Below, one piece after another: positions 30,574 to 40,067 of a stretch of DNA of 64,000 nucleotides. The first letter of the stretch is position 1. Every line of letters begins with the position of its first letter. A program made the position numbers and the translations under genes. Location: contig OZ250165.1 in assembly GCA_965238005.1 (NCBI GenBank), forward strand, positions 1,920,001 to 1,984,000, in the 5' to 3' direction. This DNA is from Longimicrobiales bacterium. Lineage in GTDB: Bacteria; Gemmatimonadota; Gemmatimonadetes; Longimicrobiales; Gaopeijiaceae. The notes beneath the pieces were generated by a model. That model made no database searches, was not told the DNA's origin, and saw only the letters and a program-made list of their open reading frames with translations.

Positions 30574-30605
30574 GCTAAAGGCAGTTCCTATCCATAGGGA
30601 ACGAC

Positions 30606-30996
30606 ATGGATTTCACGGACAAGCGGGTTGTAGTTACGGGCAGCAGTCGGAGTAGCGGCTTTGCTATCGCAAAGGCCTTTCTCGACGCTGGCGCGCGTGT
30701 CGCTATCAACGGCAGAACAGAGCAATCCGTGAGCGCCGCCACCGAGAGACTGGGCGGTGGTGAGCGCCTGGTCGCGGCGCCCGGCGATATTGGAACCGTT
30801 CCCGGCTGCGAGTCAGTGGCAAAGACTGCAATCGACGCCCTCGGCGGCCTCGACATCCTGGTGAACAGCGCCGGTATCGGTGCTGGCAGACCCATAGAGG
30901 ATTGCGACGAGGCGATGTGGGACGCTCACGTCGACGTCAATCTGAAGGGCACATTCTTCTGTTGCCGTGCGGCGTTACCTGCATTGCGCAAGTCGG
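30606..30996 (+). pseudogene. SDR oxidoreductase, truncated paralog of 56526-57284
   Basis: First ~130 codons near-identical to the intact copy; lacks the YxxxK region. Confidence 0.85.
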
Positions 30997-31461
30997 CGCA
31001 ATCTGCCAGACGCGAGACAACGGCTGCCAGCATGTCGATGAGTTATTTGCAAATGTTGTGGATCAGTGGATTTGATCAGGCAGCGTCTTCGCTAGCGATG
31101 AGGTGAACTCCGTCCACAAAGGCGACGCCCTGCATTCTGTCCGTTGGTGGACTTCTAGATATCAAACGCCAGTCCGAAGCTCAACAAGCCTCGCATACAG
31201 GCAGGCTTTATCGGCAGCCATCTCATGGGTGTAGAGGATTTTGGTGGGAGTCCCCGGTACGTCGCAATCGGTGAAACCGCCCATTCCCAGAGTGTATTGC
31301 TCACCCTCGATTGCGAGGATTTTGGTCTGAAGCGGTTCGGAGGCGATGGTCACCTTTTCTCCACACGGAGGGTCGTTCGGAGCGTCGGGAATTTCATCGT
31401 CCCCCGGTTTCTCTGGACAGTAGATTGGCAAAGAGAGCGGGTCCAGAGAGAAAGGGACGTG

Positions 31462-31821
31462 ATGGCCCAGAAGCCGAGGGAAAAGAAGGCGACCGAAGGT
31501 CGTGAGAAGGTACCCGAGCGGTGGAGCGCACAGCATAAGACGGAGGTGGTGCTGCGCCTGCTGCGGGGGGAGGATCTGGTGGAGGTCAGCCGCGAGGTGC
31601 AGGTCTCACCACCGGAGTTGGAGGAATGGCGGCGGGTGTTTCTGGAGACCGGTCAGCAGGGGCTGAGGCGCCGGGGCCGGGACCCTGGAGAACGAGAGCT
31701 GACCCGGACCCAGGCGAAGCTGGGAGAGTTGACGATGCGACTGGAGCTTGCGAGAGAGCTCCTGGAAAAAAGGGGGTACGGGGACGAGCTACGGACGCTC
31801 TTGAAGCGTGGACGCGAGTGA
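31462..31821 (+). CDS. IS3-family OrfA (HTH plus coiled coil)
   Basis: RWSAQHKTEVVLRLLRGEDL...WRRVFL; A6G run at 31766-31772. Confidence 0.88.
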   Translation: MAQKPREKKATEGREKVPERWSAQHKTEVVLRLLRGEDLVEVSREVQVSPPELEEWRRVFLETGQQGLRRRGRDPGERELTRTQAKLGELTMRLELARELLEKRGYGDELRTLLKRGRE

Positions 31822-32702
31822 GTCCGGGGACCGGGCGGCCCTACCCTCTGACGATGATCTGCGAGGCCTGGCGGGTGGGGCGCTCGACGGTCTATGCGGC
31901 CCGGGATCGAGAAGAGAGCGAGGGGCCGGCAGAGCCGAAGAAACGAGGACCGAAGACGAAGCTGAGCGACGAGGAGTTGGTAGAGGAGATCCGACAGGTG
32001 CTGAAGCAGAGCGACTTCCTGGGCGAGGGTCATCGAAAGGTGAGGGCGCGCCTGAGGCCGAAGGGGATCCATGTGGGCAAGAACCGCGTGCTCAGGCTGA
32101 TGCGGGAGAATGGGCTGCTGGCCCCTGTACGACGCGGGAAGCATCCGCATGGGGACCGGAGCCACAGTGGCCGGATCACGACGGACGTGCCGAACGAGCT
32201 GTGGGGCACGGACGCGACGCGGTTCTACACGAAGGAGGATGGGTGGTGCTGGTTTTTCGTGGCGGTGGATCACTGCGTCACGGACGTGGTGGGCTGGCAC
32301 GTGGCGAAGAAGGGCGATCGGTGGGCAGCGCTCGAGCCGATCCGCCAGGGCGTACGGACCCACATGGACGACTACGCGCCCAAGATCGCTCTGGGGCTCG
32401 GCCTACGGCACGACTGGGGACCGCAGTACACGGCGCATCAGTTCCAGGGGGAGCTGGCCTGGCTCGGGATCCGCTCGACGGCCTCGTACGTGGGAGAGCC
32501 GGAGTGCAACGGCGTCGCAGAGCGCTTCATGCGGACGCTGAAGGAGGAGTGCTTGTACCTCCACGACTTCAAGAGTCTCGAGGAGGCCAGACAGGAGATC
32601 GACGCGTTTATCGAACGCTACAACCGCGGGTGGCTCCTAGAGCGGCATGGGTATCGGACCCCGGCCCAGGTCCGTCAGGAGCTCACCCTGAAGGCGGCTT
32701 GA
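31818..32702 (+). CDS. IS3-family OrfB DDE transposase
   Basis: WGTDAT, RHDWGPQY, NGVAERFMRTLKEE; lies in the -1 frame with GTGA overlap to orfA. Confidence 0.9.
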   Translation: MSPGTGRPYPLTMICEAWRVGRSTVYAARDREESEGPAEPKKRGPKTKLSDEELVEEIRQVLKQSDFLGEGHRKVRARLRPKGIHVGKNRVLRLMRENGLLAPVRRGKHPHGDRSHSGRITTDVPNELWGTDATRFYTKEDGWCWFFVAVDHCVTDVVGWHVAKKGDRWAALEPIRQGVRTHMDDYAPKIALGLGLRHDWGPQYTAHQFQGELAWLGIRSTASYVGEPECNGVAERFMRTLKEECLYLHDFKSLEEARQEIDAFIERYNRGWLLERHGYRTPAQVRQELTLKAA

Positions 32703-33399
32703 TTAGGCCGCCGACTTGTCCAGCAAACCGGAACCGGTACAGTTTAGCGTCATTGACGGTTTCAACGAGGGTTATGGTGTACTGGAGCGCCGCATTAACG
32801 CTCCCGGAAAACGTAATAGTGAGCGGAACGTTCTCCATCGGGTTGTAATCGGCCAGGTCAACATTAGTGACGCTGTTATAGTGTGTGAATGTTCCCAGCT
32901 TGAACGATGTTCCATCGGTGGGCATGTTGGTGCCGTAGACTCCTTCAAAACCGAATCCGCTCTGGCCGGCAAAATCAAGACAAGGCGGAGGGTCATCGTT
33001 TACGTCCTGAGCCCCATAACGGATTTGGTTTTCGTCGTTTGTCGCCTGGTTCTGAATGCCCGGGTCGGTGTCGCTGATGGCGCTCGGGCTACCACCCGGC
33101 CCCGTCGCCCAGCGGTCACAGTTGGCGCCTTGTCCATCGGTTCCTTGGTCGGGGATTCCCCAGACGCCGTCAATGTCGACGGCGAGACGGTCTTGGGTGG
33201 CGGCCGATAGCAGGGGCGCCTCGGAATCGCCCTCGCTCGCCGTGGCCACGGCCGCCGACCACACCAGCGCCACGATCAACCACGTTCGTGACATGCGTCT
33301 TCTCCCTGGAAAAAGATGGCGAATCTCAATTTATGAGAGAGTATATGCACTTCTGAATCACGGCAACATTTGTATTTCTGCTGCGGGTACGATGCTAAC

Positions 33400-34066
33400 C
33401 GGGCTAGCGCTACGCGAGCCGCCACCGCAAGAGCAAGCCCCCGGGGCGCCCGACTCGGGGGGCCTGACTTTTCTCCACCGATTCGGCTCTTCGCTGAACA
33501 TGCATGGCGTCGTTGCCCCGAACGCAAAGCTTCGTGCCGCCGTCGTAGCGATCGGTCGGCCTGGAGTCGAGAGTCCGGAGGTTGTTGCGGGGGGCGAGAT
33601 GAAGATTCTCGCGTTTCTCACCGACCCGCCTGTCGTTTCGAGAATCCTCCTGCACCTCGACCTGCACCATCTACCCCCGCCCCTCTCGCCCGCGCGAGGG
33701 CCGCCCCGAGGCGACTTCCTGCTGGATCAGACGTCGGGGTTCGATGCGCTGAGGCCGAGCCCGTTCCCGAGTTCGTGTTTGATCAGTCGCTACCCGAGAG
33801 GTTCGAGGACTGAGGCCGCGGACGGCGCAAGAACCCTGATTCGCCTCACGGCGTGACCGAATACGACCCGACACGCCCCGGGAAATTTCCGCCTATCCAC
33901 GCATCTCGGTGGCCCATCCGAAGTATCGCGTCGATTTGAGCCATCACGAGGCGCTCAGGACCTCGGCGCGGGAACCACAGTCACGAGTCTTTCCTCTCCG
34001 GGATCTCACCGCCGGCCCACCCTACCTGGGATGTTGCACCTATAGCGCGATTGGAATACCTATCCC
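33400..34066 (+). mobile_element. Internally deleted IS91/ISCR remnant ending in an oriIS-like sequence
   Basis: FLHRFGSSLNMH, GVVAPNAKLR, GGEMKILAFLTDPPVVSRIL...ARGPP; GCGATTGGAATACCTATCCC resembles the ISCR oriIS end. Confidence 0.75.
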
Positions 34067-34129
34067 TAACGATCCGAAGTGAGATTGCCCGCTGGGCCAG
34101 GCCTGCCCGCCCTGTCCATGGAGATGGCC

Positions 34130-36640
34130 ATGAATGCGATTCGCATTGTCACCCGAGTCGGCTTGAGGACGTGCTCCACTACGTTTATTGCCCTCCTTGT
34201 CCTGTTCGGATGCCGCGGCAACTCTAGTGACGTGGGCATGGGCGAAGTCGTCCTCGCCGAGTACCCCAGCGTGGATGCCAGCTTTCTCTCGGCCCTCGAG
34301 TGGCGGTTCGTGGGGCCGTACCGTGGAGGGCGTGTCGTTGCGGTGGCCGGAGTTCCCGACGACCCCCTCGTCTACTATTTCGGCGCTGCCCACGGCGGAG
34401 TGTGGAAGACCACCGATGCCGGAAGGTATTGGCGGAACGTGTCGGGCGGCTTCTTCAAGTTCCCTTCGGTGGGTGCCCTGGACGTGTCACCCTCCGATCC
34501 CGATGTCATTTTCGCGGGGACGGGTGAGGGGCTTCAACGACAATTCATCTCGCCCGGAGACGGGGTCTACAAATCCACCGACGGAGGAGACACGTGGACC
34601 AACGTGGGCCTTCGGGAGACCCGGCACATCGCCAAGCTCCGTATTCATCCAACCAATCCCGATATCGTGTACGTGGCGGCCATGGGGGACATGTTCGGCC
34701 CAAACCCGGATCGCGGCATCTATCGAACCACGGATGGAGGCGAGACGTGGGAACGCATCCTGTATAAGGGCGAGACTACCGGTGCGGTGGATCTGTCTAT
34801 TGATCCCACGAACCCGAGGGTGATCATCGCATCCCTGAACCACCACGTGACGTACCCGTGGGACGAGGAGAGCGGCGGCCCCACCACCGGCCTTTTCAAG
34901 ACCACAGATGGCGGGGACACCTGGACGGACATCACCCGCAACCCCGGTATGCCAGAGGGGCTGATCGGGAAGATCGGTATATCCATCTCACCGGCGCGCT
35001 CCAACCGGGTGTATGCGTTCATCGAGGCTGACGAAGGCGAAGGCGGGATCTATAGTTCCGATGACGGCGCGTCCACCTGGCAGAGGACGCATCAAGACCC
35101 CGGCGAGATGGAGATCCCCAATTCATACAACCACATCACCGCCGACCCCCAGGATCCCGACGTCGTCTATATCCAGCCCATCACCGGTTTACTGAAGTCC
35201 ACGGACGCGGGCCGGACCTTCAAACGTGTACGCATGGAGAACTGGGACCCTCATGCGTTATGGATCGATCCAAACGACTCTCGCCGAATGATCGAAGGAG
35301 GGGACGGAGGGGCCTCGGTGACGTTGAACGGAGGTGAGTCCTGGTCGAGCCTCGAGAACCAGCCCACCGCAGACCTTCTCAGTCTGGCGGTGGACGACCA
35401 GGAGCCCTACTGGCTCTACGGCTCTCAGAACGACAACAGTCACATCGGGATTCCAAGTCGAACCGACGATCGGTCCATCGGATGGACGCACTACCTTCCC
35501 ATTCCGGCCGGCGAGGGCGGGCAGACGGCGGTGAAGCCCGACGGCAGCGTGGTCTATGCAAATGATAGGTCCAGGATGGTCCGTTTTGACCGGGAAACCG
35601 GGCAGGCTCCGCACATCAGCGTTTGGCCCGAGTGGGTGTTCGGAACGCCCACCAAAGACGTGAAGTACCGTTTCTACTACTCGTTCCCAGTGCTCCTCTC
35701 GCCGCACGATCCTGGCGTTCTCTACACGGCGGCCCAGTTCGTCTTCCGATCCACTGACGAAGGCAGCTCCTGGGACCAGATCAGTTCCGACCTCACGCGG
35801 AACCGCCAGGACGTGATGGGCGAAATATCCGGAGGGCCCATTAGCTCCAATGCGTCCTCGCTCTTTCACGTGAGTCTCATCCGGAGCCTTGCCGAGTCTC
35901 CCCTCCAAGAGGGGGAGCTCTGGGTGGGCACCGACGACAGTACCGTTCAGGTTTCGCGAGATGGTGGCCGCAATTGGCGCGACGTCTCGCCGCCGGATCT
36001 TCCGGAGTGGACCACGATCACGGCCATCGACGTATCTCCCCACCGGCGGGGGACGGTCTACATCTCCGGAGAACGGCACAGAGTGAGCGATCGCACGCCG
36101 TATCTCTACAAGACCACGGACTACGGCAGCACGTGGCAGCGGATCACGAACGGGATTCGGGAAAACGACTACTCGTGGGTCATCCGTGAGGATCCGGTGC
36201 GGCCGGGTCTCCTCTACGCGGGAACAGAAACTGGCGCGTACGTCTCCTTCGACGCCGGGGACTCCTGGCAGTCCCTACAGCGCAACCTGCCGCCGGTGAT
36301 CGTCATGCAGATGCTCGTGAAGGACGACGACCTGGTGGTGGCGACCCATGGGCGGGGCTTTTGGATCATGGATAACATCTCGTCCCTGCGTGGCATCACG
36401 CCCGAAGTCGCCTCGGCCCCGGTGCATCTGTTTGAAGTAGTCCCCGCTCTTCGTCAACTTCGGGGAGGGAGAGGGTCGACACAGACGGGACCTTCGGACG
36501 CAGCGAGGAACCCGCCGAGGGGGGTGATGATCGAATATTTCCTGGCCCAAGCATCCACCGGTGACGTGATGTTCACCATCACGGATGCGGGCGGCGAGAT
36601 CATCCAGCAATTCTCCAGCGGGTCGCAGGAACGCCGTAGC
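34130..36640 (+). pseudogene. BNR/VPS10-repeat glycosyl-hydrolase-like lipoprotein, N-terminal part (split by inversion)
   Basis: WRFVGPYRGGRV, repeated KSTDGGDTW Asp-boxes, ATHGRGFWI; continues in frame at 61221 on the minus strand. Confidence 0.88.
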
Positions 36641-36960
36641 TGTACCGTTTTCGGAGTAGCCCGCGGCGATCAGAAAGTCGACGTAGCGCTGGCACGCTGG
36701 GTGGAGCTCGGGGCCCAGATCGAGAGACCTGGCCTGGGCGTGCGCCTCGAACCAGTCGAGCTCGACGTCGAGGGCCGAGAGGCCCGCGATCAAGGCGCTC
36801 TGCCCCGGCCTGGGCGTCTTCGCGACCGTCAGGGACGCGAAGACGGCAAACCCTCTCACGAACAGGTAGTCCTGCACGAGCCAGCGGCTGAACGCATCCT
36901 CGGGCAGCGAGCCGTCGCCGACCGCGTTCAGGAACTCCGCGCGTGTACCGAGATCCCGCA
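36641..36960 (-). pseudogene. tenA: TenA-family (TenA_E-like) N-terminal half
   Basis: FLNAVGDGSLPEDAFSRWLVQDYLFV...ELDWF...YVDFL; bounded by IS IR scraps. Confidence 0.8.
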
Positions 36961-37008
36961 AACCGGAACCGGTTTAACTGTTCATGATAGCGTTGAGTCG
37001 ATGGTTAA

Positions 37009-37290
37009 GTGGAGCGGCCACGGCTCAGGCAACGAGGCCGAGGTGAGGGAGGCGAGGTCGAGGTGCCGGCGTACGAAGCGATGAGGAGGCCGGGGCGGCT
37101 GGCGGACCGGATGCTCGAGATCCTGATGGCTGGGGTCAGCACGCGGAAGTACGGCCGGGTGATCCCCGAGATGGCCGACACGGTGGGGGTGAGCAAGTCG
37201 GCGGTGAGCCGAGAGACGATCGAAGCCTCAGAGCGGGTGCTGAAGGAACTGATGGAACGGCGCCTGGACGCGTGGGACCTGCTGGTGATC
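37009..37290 (+). mobile_element. IS256-family transposase fragment
   Basis: ERPRLR, GVSTRKY, GVSKSAVSR, ERRLD. Confidence 0.8.
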
Positions 37291-37810
37291 CGGGGCATCG
37301 GAGAGAAGTTCGCGGCGAACCCTGTCGCCTGCAATCGCCGTCTAGGCGCCTTCGGGATTTATTCGGCATCCTGGGTAGGCCGGAGCGTCCTCGTGGCTTA
37401 GAGGGCCGTTATCGTCGCGTCCTTGTCTGGGCGAACGGCAAGCGTGCACATTGGCCTGGCAACGGCCATGGGTTCTTTGTCCCTCCAAGGACAGGAACGA
37501 GATGGATGGAAGTTCAGCAAGAAGGTCGGGTCGGTGAGCGCCGAGGACCTGATCGGCGCGGCGGCGGAGAGAGACGGATCGGCAAGGGACGCCGTATCTG
37601 GAACCGTCGCATCAATGAGGTTCCTGTAGAGGACGACCAGCGTGAGGCGGTTCGCCGTATAGGTTTCGGCCTCCATCCTGCCAGGTACCTGTCAGCCAGA
37701 GCGAACCTGGCACCCCCTCTAGGTAAAGCCGAAGCACGTCTCGGTGTGCCACGCGGCGCTCCCGCAGCCACCCTCCTTCCCAATCAGGACCAAAGCTTCA
37801 TGGATTGACG

Positions 37811-37839
37811 TTGGAGGGTCCACGGCGAACCCTCCAACC
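37811..37839 (-). terminator. Hairpin downstream of lemA
   Basis: TTGGAGGGT / ACCCTCCAA stem. Confidence 0.55.
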
Positions 37840-37851
37840 CGGCTTCTTCAA

Positions 37852-38406
37852 TCACTCAAAACTCACAGTTGGCACGTCTCGCACTTCTTCAGACGTGACT
37901 TCGAAATACTCTCGCGCCTCGGCGCCGGTCGCCTTGGCGGTCAGCACTTGCGGAAATCGCCGAATGAAACCGTTGTAGGTTCGCACAGCGTCATTGTAAT
38001 CCTGCCGCGCCGTTGCAATTCTGTTTTCGGTGCCTTCCAACTGAACTTGCAACTCCATGAAGTTCTGGTTCGAACGCAGTTCCGGGTATGCCTCGGATAT
38101 TACGAGCAGGCGTCCCAGCCCCTGCGTAAGAGACTGATTGGTTTCCGCCATCTGGCCCAGGTCTCCCGATTGGATTGCACCACCCAGGCGGGAACGAGCC
38201 TCGGCGATTGAAGTGAACACTTCCTCTTCTTGATCGGCGAAGCCCCGGACAGTTGCGACGAGATTGGGGATCAGATCAGAACGCCTCTGCAGTTGCACTT
38301 CTATCTGACTCTTGAATGCGTTGATCTCTTCGTCGTAGGTCTGAATGCGGTTGTAGCCGCAACCACTCAACGAGACGAGGGCCAATCCAATTACTACGCG
38401 CTTCAT
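37852..38406 (-). CDS. lemA: LemA family lipoprotein
   Basis: LSGCGYN lipobox, QRRSDLIPNLV, EAYPELRSNQNF, EGTENRI. Confidence 0.93.
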   Translation of the reverse strand: MKRVVIGLALVSLSGCGYNRIQTYDEEINAFKSQIEVQLQRRSDLIPNLVATVRGFADQEEEVFTSIAEARSRLGGAIQSGDLGQMAETNQSLTQGLGRLLVISEAYPELRSNQNFMELQVQLEGTENRIATARQDYNDAVRTYNGFIRRFPQVLTAKATGAEAREYFEVTSEEVRDVPTVSFE

Positions 38407-38441
38407 ATAATGATCTCCTTGGTAGAAAACCCCATCGGTCG

Positions 38442-39155
38442 TCATGCCTGGTCTACGTAGTTGGTCAACTTCTGTATTTCATCCACGTAGCGTGCGGCAA
38501 TAGGGTCGTCACTCCGGAGGGCTTTCACCTTGTCTCCCGCAATCTTGTCGACGACCCAACCAAAAGCTCCTACATCGAGGCCCGCGATACTCGCTGCCTG
38601 TTCAACAAGTCTTGCCGGCTTCGCCTCGGGCGTCTGACCTTCGAGACGCACCAGCGCCCTCATCAAAACGAAGAAAGTCGAAGCCGAGTCGATCAACAGT
38701 CGCGTCAAGGCTCTCCCGTTTGGGGCGAAAGCAGCGTGCTGAGCTCGCAGCTGTAGAAGTTTGCCCCGAACCTCCCGCTCCAATTCCTGGCGAAGGTCAT
38801 CCCTGTTAATGACAATCCCCTCGAACGGATCGGTTCCCGCAACGAGTTTGTGTGCTTCCCTCATATCCTCGATTTCGATTGGGAAGACGTCGGTCGATCC
38901 TTCCCATTCCACTCGCTCGAAAATAAGCGGGGCCGCATTTCCTTTCTTGACCCATGCAGCAAGTGATTTCTCGATCGGTCCAATCGCTTCGGTTGACGCG
39001 TCCTCAACCATCACCATGATGTTCACTTCCTGGTGCGCGGGTGCGTAACCGCCACGTATTGCCGTACCGAATAACATCATCGACTTCAGGTTTTCGCCCA
39101 GGTCGGTGGCGATCTGCGCTGCGACTTTTTCTGCCTGCTGTATCTTGTCCGCCAT
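38442..39155 (-). CDS. Nucleotidyltransferase-like protein of lemA/TPM loci
   Basis: LFGTAIRG, DVFPIEIEDM, LRQELERE; genomic context. Confidence 0.7.
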   Translation of the reverse strand: MADKIQQAEKVAAQIATDLGENLKSMMLFGTAIRGGYAPAHQEVNIMVMVEDASTEAIGPIEKSLAAWVKKGNAAPLIFERVEWEGSTDVFPIEIEDMREAHKLVAGTDPFEGIVINRDDLRQELEREVRGKLLQLRAQHAAFAPNGRALTRLLIDSASTFFVLMRALVRLEGQTPEAKPARLVEQAASIAGLDVGAFGWVVDKIAGDKVKALRSDDPIAARYVDEIQKLTNYVDQA

Positions 39156-39158
39156 TCT

Positions 39159-39929
39159 CTAAAAGCCCCCTGATGAGCCGCCACCACTGAAGCCACCTCC
39201 GCCTCCGAAACCGCCAAAACCGCCGCCGCCGAAGCCGCCACCGCCGAAGCCGCCACCGCCGTGGTAATGGCCTCCTCTTCCCCCGCTAAGCAACATGCCG
39301 AGCAGGAGCCACCGGCCCGATCCTCGTCCGCCGAATAGGAAGAACACGACAAGTAACAGCAGCCAGGAGTAGCTTACTCCTGTGCGCCCCGACGGCCGTC
39401 CTTGCGGGATCGGTCGAGCGGCCTGGCCCGTCAACGTCACACCGAATTCTTCGGCGTATTCTCGCGCGAGCAGCTGAACACCGACGGCGAGACCCTCGGC
39501 GTAGCTCCCTGATCTCGTCGCGGCTTCCCCAATGGCATCGCGAATCCGCAGGGTTTCAGCGTCCGTTATGAATCCTTCCGCGCCGCGCCCGGTGGATATT
39601 GCGAGATCGGCCGTGCCGTCCCCCGGCCGTTGACCCGGTACCAGCAGCAGAACCACTCCGGCATTGCTCGCCTGCGATCCCGCTCTCCGTTCTGCGCCCA
39701 CGCCCCACTGGCGTCCGATGTCACGAGCGACATCGATCGACGCTCGACCTTCCAGGTCCCGCAGAGTCACCACGGCGATTTCACCGCCTGTTTTCTGTTG
39801 GACCTCGGTTATCAGGGTTGTCATCGCCCCTTCAAGGCGTGAATCAATCAAGCCAGCGAAGTCGTTGACGTAGCCCTGTGGGGCCGGTATCTGCAGCTGA
39901 ACTGCTATGACCAGGACGTTGAGTAGCAT
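39159..39929 (-). CDS. TPM-domain protein with Gly-rich tail
   Basis: GYVNDFAG, EIAVVT, WGVG, TM helix, GGGFSGGGSSGGF. Confidence 0.88.
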   Translation of the reverse strand: MLLNVLVIAVQLQIPAPQGYVNDFAGLIDSRLEGAMTTLITEVQQKTGGEIAVVTLRDLEGRASIDVARDIGRQWGVGAERRAGSQASNAGVVLLLVPGQRPGDGTADLAISTGRGAEGFITDAETLRIRDAIGEAATRSGSYAEGLAVGVQLLAREYAEEFGVTLTGQAARPIPQGRPSGRTGVSYSWLLLLVVFFLFGGRGSGRWLLLGMLLSGGRGGHYHGGGGFGGGGFGGGGFGGFGGGGGFSGGGSSGGF

Positions 39930-40067
39930 CCGATAATTATAACCGTCCGTTGAACGCGCATCCTGCAATCCCGGCGTGATGTCGGAATGCAACACACCAC
40001 CTGAGGCCACCAAGTCGACAATACCCTTGTCGAGTCGGCTGATGCGACACCTCAGTCCACGACTTGA

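Larger units (their letters stand above)
31401..32749 (+). mobile_element. IS3-family element, copy 1 (permuted ends)
   Basis: OrfA/OrfB; IRR 32717-32741 followed by G and the first 7 nt of IRL; identical to 45665-47014 except for the ends and one T. Confidence 0.93.
31162..33294 (-). pseudogene. Secreted THxN / choice-of-anchor-K-like protein interrupted by IS3 copy 1
   Basis: Signal peptide, QSGFGF, LGTFTHYN; removing the IS restores ...LVETVND-DEIPDAPNDPPC... in frame. Confidence 0.7.

Noticed and set aside
31000..31110. Possible additional IS end after the truncated SDR
   Set aside because: Too short, and no partner IR or transposase motif is recognisable.
34079..37084. 1001-aa ORF as a single intact protein
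   Set aside because: Beyond 36640 it reads through antisense tenA and IS scraps; the true C-terminus is at 61221-60586.
37506..37808. ERR/DRR-rich small ORF
   Set aside because: Plausible gene fragment, but its start, end and family cannot be supported.
39175..39262. GCCGCCACCGCCGAA-type tandem repeats
   Set aside because: They encode the usual GGGF tail of TPM proteins.
40001..40067. Nested inverted repeats (TCGACAA/TTGTCGA, CTGAGG/CCTCAG) as attC or IS end
   Set aside because: No convincing RYYYAAC/GTTRRRY boxes and no integrase; it may simply be a terminator.
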